Below are positions 58,170-64,000 of a stretch of DNA of 64,000 nt, in pieces. Origin of the DNA: an uncultured Candidatus Saccharibacteria bacterium (GTDB taxonomy: Bacteria > Patescibacteriota > Minisyncoccia > Phycocordibacterales > DAORIS01); assembly GCA_964644035.1 (NCBI GenBank), contig CAZXUH010000002.1:756-64755 (forward strand), in the 5' to 3' direction. The number at the start of each line of letters is the position of its first letter. Position 1 is the stretch's first letter. The translations under genes were made by a program, and so were the position numbers. The notes beneath the pieces were generated by a model. It saw nothing but the letters and a program-made list of their open reading frames with translations, searched no databases and was not told where the DNA came from.

Positions 58170-59603
58170 TTATTTACTCACTGTGAAAAAAGATTCTCGG
58201 CTTTGTACTGTTCGGGTACACATATCACGATATTCTTTTGGAGTAATTTCACATAGTTTTTGTCCAGCAGACAAAGATCCTTCTTGATTCATATACATAC
58301 TCACTATTCCTGAAACGCATGATTCTTGATCGAGATATGAACCAGCTTCTTTGCATATAGAAAAAACATTGGCCGGATTGTTCATATTTCGCTTTATTGC
58401 TTCTGTGCCGACGCCTCTAATACATGTAGATTTGTATCCTGTTTCTGCTTTTTCACATTCTTTTAAGATAGTAGAAAAATCTTTGCCAGAAGTTTGTGAA
58501 AGATAGGTTGGAATATATACATAGCAATCATTTTTGGCAGTCTTTCTTGTCGAACACGTCAGGAATGGATTTTCTGGATTCACAAATTCTTTTTCTTTGG
58601 CAAGAATTTCTAGATTGAACACTTCCATATACACTCCGTTCTGACAGCTTTCAATAGCTTCATTTCCTTTGAGACCATCGCTACAGAGTTTCAGCGATGC
58701 ATCGAGATCTCCACCAGTCAGATACATAAAGCCGTGGCCAATACCATGGTGACATTGCCATAGATCGAAGGGTCTTTTACCTGCGCCATATTCATTGCAT
58801 TGAGCGCTCAGATTGGCGAGGGGATCTTCTGCAGACTTAAAATAGGCCTCAAATAGGCCGTGAATATAGCCAGAATTGCAGAAATCTTCCTGAAACTTTA
58901 CTGCTTCCTTGAAACTGCCGTATTTGTCGTATGCAGTATGTCCTATGACATGCAACATATCGTGACAGAGCGACATAGTCTGACTATTTTCCAAAGATTC
59001 TTCTTTTAATACATGAATTGCTTCATCCGGGTCTTGATCGGTAACTATTTTTTCAAAACGATTTTTCAGATCTGTGTAAAATTGCGTGTTTGTAGCACCA
59101 GATTTTAAAGCAGTACTTTCTTTGGGTTTGATAATAAATATTTTCTTAAGACAGTCTAAAATAATTTGAAAAATACTTCTGCCGATATTTATTTCTCCTT
59201 TATATTGCGGCCATAGATGATCGTGCAGGGAATAGGTTCCAGCTTTTTCAAAAACAAATGACCATGATTGTCCGCTTGGAATGGGTTTGCAGGCATCAAA
59301 AGAAGTAGAGTTGTGCGATGCACAGTGTTCTTCAAGACTGGTGCCGTCATAGAGTGTGTGACTTGGATGATCGTCCGATGCAGGCCAGCGATCTTCTGTG
59401 CTCGTATTTTCAAAAATAACTTTGGTACCAATCTTCACTTTTATTTTGCTCGGTTCAAAACCCTTTTCACTCATATGAATAGTGACTGCATTTTCTTCCA
59501 CACTTTCATGGGCAGATACGTTTACTATCTGAAAGCAGAATAAAAATAGTACACACACTGCTATTTTCAAAAGAAATATTTTGTTGAGAGGATAGAGTCT
59601 CAT
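58170..59603 (-). CDS. Secreted cupredoxin-like + Cys/His-repeat protein
   Basis: GFEPS...VKIGT.V.F.N, F.KAGTY..HDHL; CH..H..GH, C..GY.HG, CHHGIGHG repeats. Confidence 0.75.
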   Translation of the reverse strand: MRLYPLNKIFLLKIAVCVLFLFCFQIVNVSAHESVEENAVTIHMSEKGFEPSKIKVKIGTKVIFENTSTEDRWPASDDHPSHTLYDGTSLEEHCASHNSTSFDACKPIPSGQSWSFVFEKAGTYSLHDHLWPQYKGEINIGRSIFQIILDCLKKIFIIKPKESTALKSGATNTQFYTDLKNRFEKIVTDQDPDEAIHVLKEESLENSQTMSLCHDMLHVIGHTAYDKYGSFKEAVKFQEDFCNSGYIHGLFEAYFKSAEDPLANLSAQCNEYGAGKRPFDLWQCHHGIGHGFMYLTGGDLDASLKLCSDGLKGNEAIESCQNGVYMEVFNLEILAKEKEFVNPENPFLTCSTRKTAKNDCYVYIPTYLSQTSGKDFSTILKECEKAETGYKSTCIRGVGTEAIKRNMNNPANVFSICKEAGSYLDQESCVSGIVSMYMNQEGSLSAGQKLCEITPKEYRDMCTRTVQSRESFFTVSK

Positions 59604-59685
59604 TACAAATAGATAGTAGCATTAAATAAAAAATCCCCCGAGATACATCTCGGGGGAGTAGAACCGGCACCCTCAGCCGGAATTA

Positions 59686-60297
59686 TTATCGATGCTGATG
59701 TGGGGAGTATGTGCTGCGCTGATACTGAGGAACCATTCGCCAGCGTTTGTCGGCAGTCATGCCGCCGCTTGTTTGTCCGTGCATGCCGTAGACTGAATCA
59801 CGCCGATCGGAATTGTAGGTCGGGGCGCCTGTCATGCCTTGGCCGCGATAGCCGGCATTGATGCCGTGGTTATATCGCGATCGAATGACTGAATCGTAGC
59901 CGCTTTGTCCGCTGTTGTACTGGAATGCGACTTCGGCTTTGACATAATAGAAGCGTCCGTAGTACACGGGCTGGTCGGCGCGCAGGATGTAGGTGTACTG
60001 ACCGCCCATTTCATAGGACGGTCCGTACTGCCGGTCTGAGTATTGGTAGCGGTAATCGTAGGAATTGTAGGTTGGCTGGCCGGTGATACCACCATGCCCT
60101 CCGCGAATTCCCAGATTGCTGCCTCGCATTCCGGATCGGCTCGGTGTGATTCCACCCCGACTGCCGCGCATGCCGTCATTGTCGCCGGTGATACCACCGC
60201 GTCCGCCATCCATACCTTCCGCATAGACTGGGCGGTGCCACAGACTGAAGTTGATGAACAAATAGGCCGCTGCTGCCAAAATGAGCAGTTTTCGCAT
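59686..60297 (-). CDS. Secreted Gly/Tyr/Arg-rich repeat orphan protein
   Basis: Signal peptide ending VYA, GMRG/GGIT repeats, AAAGGAG SD, GC-richer than flanks. Confidence 0.65.
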   Translation of the reverse strand: MRKLLILAAAAYLFINFSLWHRPVYAEGMDGGRGGITGDNDGMRGSRGGITPSRSGMRGSNLGIRGGHGGITGQPTYNSYDYRYQYSDRQYGPSYEMGGQYTYILRADQPVYYGRFYYVKAEVAFQYNSGQSGYDSVIRSRYNHGINAGYRGQGMTGAPTYNSDRRDSVYGMHGQTSGGMTADKRWRMVPQYQRSTYSPHQHR

Positions 60298-60409
60298 ACA
60301 AAGAACTCCTTTCAATGTAGCAGTGCACCATGCATTGCTGTATTAATATAATAACATACTTTTACTATAAAATCAAGACATCTCAGCGCATATATGCTAT
60401 AGTAGTTTT

Positions 60410-61141
60410 GTGAAAAGCAAAGCCCAAAATATATCTATTATTTACGAAGACGAATCGGTGGTGGTCATCAATAAACCAGCCGGTCTTGTCGTACATGCCG
60501 ACGGACGTACTGAAGAGAAAACGCTTGTCGATTGGATTATGGAAAAATATCCTGAAGCAAAAGAAGTCGGCGAACCGATCACCACAGCATCAGGTCAAAC
60601 TATTTATCGTCCAGGGATCGTGCACAGACTCGACCGAGATACATCGGGCGTAATGATCGTCGCAAAAAACAATGATGCATTTAGATTTTTAAAATCACAA
60701 TTCCAAAATCGAGAGACAAAAAAGATATACCGGGCCTTTGTCTACGGCGTCGTGACAGATAATGATGGTATTATCGATCGACCAATCGCTCGAAGCAGAA
60801 AAGATTTTAGACTCTGGTCTGCTCAGCGCGGTGCGAGGGGAGAGACGCGCGATGCAGTGACACATTTCAAGGTTCTTGAGCGCGGCAATGATGCTACATA
60901 TATAGAAGCTGTGCCCAAAACCGGCCGAACACATCAGATCAGGGTGCATTTCAAAGCTATCAATCATCCAGTGGTGTGTGATCCACTCTATGCTCCGAAA
61001 AAGGAAACAATTCTAGGTTTTGAGCGTTTGGCTCTCCATTCGTACCAATTGACCATTACCTTGCCCAATGACGAGGAAAAGACCTTTGTTGCGCCGTTGC
61101 CTAAGGATTTTATAGGGGCGGAAAAGTTGCTAAAGGCCTAA
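60410..61141 (+). CDS. RluA/RluD-family pseudouridine synthase
   Basis: NKPAGLVVH, VHRLDRDTSG, TGRTHQIRVH, LALHS. Confidence 0.95.
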   Translation: MKSKAQNISIIYEDESVVVINKPAGLVVHADGRTEEKTLVDWIMEKYPEAKEVGEPITTASGQTIYRPGIVHRLDRDTSGVMIVAKNNDAFRFLKSQFQNRETKKIYRAFVYGVVTDNDGIIDRPIARSRKDFRLWSAQRGARGETRDAVTHFKVLERGNDATYIEAVPKTGRTHQIRVHFKAINHPVVCDPLYAPKKETILGFERLALHSYQLTITLPNDEEKTFVAPLPKDFIGAEKLLKA

Positions 61142-61167
61142 GGCTGTGGTAGATTGGTCTTCACGTC

Positions 61168-61593
61168 ATGAATACTTCAGTAAAAATTTCATCAGTAAAT
61201 ATCGATGCCCGAAAGAGCCTCGATCTTCGCGCAGGAGACACCGTCAAGGTATTCCAGAAGATCAAGGAAGGCGATAAGACCCGAACGCAGGTGTTCGAAG
61301 GTCTTGTACTTGCTCGTAAGCATGGCACGGAAGCTGGTGCGACATTCACTGTCCGAAAAGTTGCCTCAAACGTCGGTGTTGAACGTATCTTTCCCCTCTA
61401 CTCTCCAGCTATTGAAAAGATCGAAGTGGTAAAGCGAGTAAAAGTCCGCCGAGCAAAGCTCTATCACGTACGAGAAAAGGCTGCCAAGGAAATCCGCCGC
61501 GAAATGCGCCGAGAACTCACGAAGCCAGATTTTGTAGACGAAAAGGTAATTGCTCCAAAAGAAGAAGTCGCAGCGACAGCAGAAACAAAATAA
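61168..61593 (+). CDS. rplS: 50S ribosomal protein L19
   Basis: [40 protein letters not shown]. Confidence 0.97.
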   Translation: MNTSVKISSVNIDARKSLDLRAGDTVKVFQKIKEGDKTRTQVFEGLVLARKHGTEAGATFTVRKVASNVGVERIFPLYSPAIEKIEVVKRVKVRRAKLYHVREKAAKEIRREMRRELTKPDFVDEKVIAPKEEVAATAETK

Positions 61594-61619
61594 CAAAAAG
61601 AGGCCCCGGCCTCTTTTTG
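61594..61619 (+). terminator. Terminator after rplS
   Basis: CAAAAAGAGGCC/GGCCTCTTTTTG. Confidence 0.7.
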
Positions 61620-61745
61620 ATTTATCTTAGACCCCCTCCGCCCCAATATAATTGGAGGCACCTCCCCCTTGATAAGGGGGAGGAAAATACAAAAGAAAGT
61701 TGAAAATTGGCCGCATTTCGGCTATAGTTCAGCGGCAAGTAGAGA

Positions 61746-61780
61746 TTCACCTTCGCTCCTGTGGAGCTATGGTGGATAAA
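61746..61780. repeat. tRNA-proximal palindromic mini-element
   Basis: TTCACCTTCGCTCCTGTGGAGCTATGGTGGATAAA, related to 49949-49985. Confidence 0.6.
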
Positions 61781-61783
61781 TAT

Positions 61784-61867
61784 GCGCAGGTGGCGAAATT
61801 GGTAGACGCACTACCTTGAGGTGGTAGCGCCCGCAAGGGTATGGAAGTTCGAGTCTTCTCCTGCGCA
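61784..61867 (+). tRNA. tRNA-Leu(GAG)
   Basis: GCGCAGG/CCTGCGC acceptor, CTACC-TTGAGGT-GGTAG, long variable arm. Confidence 0.95.
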
Positions 61868-61956
61868 CAAGTAGCATCAATAATTTTAATTAGCGATGTT
61901 ATCACAAACAACGGGCGAACAGGCATTCGTCTGATCGCTCATTTGTTTGTAAGTAT

Positions 61957-62031
61957 GGTGGCTATAGTTTAGTGGTAAAACTCGGGTTTGTGGAACCCGT
62001 ATCGAGAGTTCGATTCTCTCTAGCCACCCCA
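61957..62031 (+). tRNA. tRNA-His(GTG)
   Basis: G-1, GTGGCTA/TAGCCAC acceptor, C73, encoded CCA, CGGGT-TTGTGGA-ACCCG. Confidence 0.95.
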
Positions 62032-63615
62032 TCGTAGAAGAAGAGATGCAAAAGCTGCATTTCGTGCTTCTACTGTAAGGTATTTCTCTAGTTCCAACCG
62101 ACGATATTCAGCTTCAAGCTCTGGATAGGCTTTTTCTATTGGAATTAGCCAATCGTTCTTATGAATCCTCACTATTTTGTCTTTTATCGAAAAGTTCCAA
62201 CCAAGTGCAGAGAAGATCTCTCGTTTCTTCTCCAAGGTTCCCGAAGTGTAGTTCTCTCGGGCATAGCATGCAAAGTTAAAGGTCTTGTCGGTCAGTTCTA
62301 ACCATTTCTCTGCTCGGTTCTCTGTGGTGCGTAAATTGGCCTGCAACTTGGTTAGCTTATTCTTTAAATCGTCACGCTCCTTAACAAAGGTGGCATCATC
62401 AATTAATTCTCGGTAACGCATCTTGGTGAGCGTATCGATCTCTTTTTGAGTTTCGGCGACAGCTTTATGCTGCGTTTCGTAAACCTTGGTCCGATCTTCT
62501 ATTTCTTTGTCATTTTCTCGGTTAAGAATTTCTAATGCCCAGTCCTTGAATTTAGGGAGAATGGTGTAGCGTTCAAGTTCAATATCAACTTGCTGTTCTA
62601 GTTCACCAAGAGTAATAGGTTTTCGTTGCGTACAGCTGGTGCCTTTCTTGCGACGAGTGCAATGATAATAAACATACTTCTCAAATTTTCCTGTCTTCTT
62701 AACAAACTTTGTTTTCTCACTTGCGGTATACATTGAGCCGCATTCTTCACAGTAAATAAGACCGGTGTATGCAAACTCATGAGTCTGACTTCGTGGTTTA
62801 CCATTCCGGCCTAAGATTGCTTGGACCCGATCATATTCCTCAAGACTAACCATAGGCTTATGGTTGCCTTTATACAGCTTTCCAGCCCACTCAAACATAC
62901 CGGCGTAGAAGATATTGGTGAATATCTTATAAATCATGCTGTTAGCTAATTCGCCACCACCACTTCGTTTGGTTTTTGGAGTTCTAAAACCCCATTTATC
63001 ATTCGCAATCTTTAAAATCTGCGGAGGAGTGTAATTGCCGGTAAGCATTGTATCCCACATCTTTCGGACCAAATCAAAACGGTCCTTATCTTCGATAATT
63101 GTATGCTCAAGTTTGTCGTTCAAATATCCCATCGGGGCACGAGAGGGTAGCCAACCTCGATCAGCTTTTCCTTCCATGCCACGCCTACTATTTTTGCGGA
63201 GGTCGATAATGAATTGGTTAGCCATTCCGCTTTCAACATTGAAAAGGAGAACATTGTCATCAGGCAAATACTGACGATCAATAGTTTGAATACATTTTAA
63301 AATTCCTTGCTGCAACATCCAGCTGATAGTTCCGCTATCGATAGGGTTTCGAGAAAGACGATTGATTTGCCAGCAAAGAATGCCATCAGCTTCGCCTTTC
63401 TCAATGCGTTTGAGCATGTCATCAAACACTGGACGGCAATAAGGCTTCTTGGCTGATTTGGCTTCGGTTAAAACCTCCTTAATCGTAATACCAAGCGTGT
63501 TTGCCAGCTCCTTGAGTCGGTTTACTTGGTCCTCGATAGACTGGACCTGCCGATCCTCACTTTCAGAGGATTTTCTGGCGTATATGTAGAGTATCCGTGG
63601 TGTATTTTGGTTCAT
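62020..63615 (-). CDS. Large serine recombinase (integrase)
   Basis: YARKSSE catalytic motif, RP.F, NRLSRN, recombinase domain, CEEC...HC...C zinc ribbon, coiled coil. Confidence 0.93.
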   Translation of the reverse strand: MNQNTPRILYIYARKSSESEDRQVQSIEDQVNRLKELANTLGITIKEVLTEAKSAKKPYCRPVFDDMLKRIEKGEADGILCWQINRLSRNPIDSGTISWMLQQGILKCIQTIDRQYLPDDNVLLFNVESGMANQFIIDLRKNSRRGMEGKADRGWLPSRAPMGYLNDKLEHTIIEDKDRFDLVRKMWDTMLTGNYTPPQILKIANDKWGFRTPKTKRSGGGELANSMIYKIFTNIFYAGMFEWAGKLYKGNHKPMVSLEEYDRVQAILGRNGKPRSQTHEFAYTGLIYCEECGSMYTASEKTKFVKKTGKFEKYVYYHCTRRKKGTSCTQRKPITLGELEQQVDIELERYTILPKFKDWALEILNRENDKEIEDRTKVYETQHKAVAETQKEIDTLTKMRYRELIDDATFVKERDDLKNKLTKLQANLRTTENRAEKWLELTDKTFNFACYARENYTSGTLEKKREIFSALGWNFSIKDKIVRIHKNDWLIPIEKAYPELEAEYRRLELEKYLTVEARNAAFASLLLRWGG

Positions 63616-63621
63616 AGTAAT

Positions 63622-63996
63622 TTATCCGGCTGCACCTGCACTTATATCCTCGTCCCTGATGTCATTTAAGTAAAGAGGATTTGGGCCTTCTTCCGCTTTT
63701 TTCCGGTCTATTTCGTCTAACTCATCCCGTTTTTCACCGTTTTTTAACGGCTGGATGATATCAGAATTGTTATCATTAGCTTCCCGTAAATTTCCCGTAT
63801 TTACGGACTCAATGATATCAATATTGATACTACTCCGATCATCCTTTTTATCTCCATTATTTTCCCTAATTTGGTCTAATTTTCCCACAGACTCTGCTCG
63901 TCTCCAAGGTGGTACATGGTTCATATTGCCGGAAGGGTTGGGAATAGCAAGTTTCTGTCTTTTATTGATATTCATCTGGTCAGCCAGGGACCGCAT
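63622..63996 (-). CDS. Hypothetical protein (probably truncated by window edge)
   Basis: Open frame ending 6 nt before integrase start. Confidence 0.45.
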   Translation of the reverse strand: MRSLADQMNINKRQKLAIPNPSGNMNHVPPWRRAESVGKLDQIRENNGDKKDDRSSINIDIIESVNTGNLREANDNNSDIIQPLKNGEKRDELDEIDRKKAEEGPNPLYLNDIRDEDISAGAAG

Positions 63997-64000
63997 TCGG

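Larger units (their letters stand above)
62020..64000. mobile_element. Left end of an integrative element inserted at tRNA-His
   Basis: Integrase converges on and overlaps the tRNA 3' end; element continues beyond window. Confidence 0.7.

Noticed and set aside
59832-60351. Overlapping ORFs 59832-60224 (-) and 60043-60351 (+)
   Set aside because: By-products of GC-rich repeats; only the 59686-60297 frame has an SD and signal peptide
1-64000. Alternative genetic code, DGR or retron
   Set aside because: TGA ends conserved genes (dnaA, tyrS, virB4) normally, and no reverse transcriptase or TR/VR pair was seen

Overview
Chromosomal origin region of a small-genome bacterium, most consistent with Patescibacteria/CPR (Parcubacteria-like); this is inferred from gene content, compactness and standard genetic code. 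It contains the yidC-rnpA-rpmH / dnaA-oriC-dnaN block, many replication, repair and translation genes (xth, xer-like recombinase, pcrA, rsmA, ruvABC, polA, holA, mutM, tyrS, rpsO, rpsT, rplS), type IV pilus/competence genes (comM, pilB, pilMNO) and seven tRNAs. A ~14.5 kb relaxase-free T4SS-like envelope cluster (VirB6-like, PrgI, split VirB4, pilin-like, lectin-tipped protein) abuts the origin block, and a large serine recombinase element starts in the tRNA-His 3' end at the right edge. Features not in the ORF track: two promoter- and terminator-bounded structured ncRNA candidates (~950-1132 with an adjacent DnaA box; ~35656-35929, 6S-like), a possible small antisense RNA inside the T4SS locus, a tRNA-associated palindromic mini-element family, and tRNA-Arg(GCG). 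Core genes look leaderless, while scattered ORFan cassettes carry their own promoter, strong Shine-Dalgarno and terminator. All calls are by eye, without database searches.
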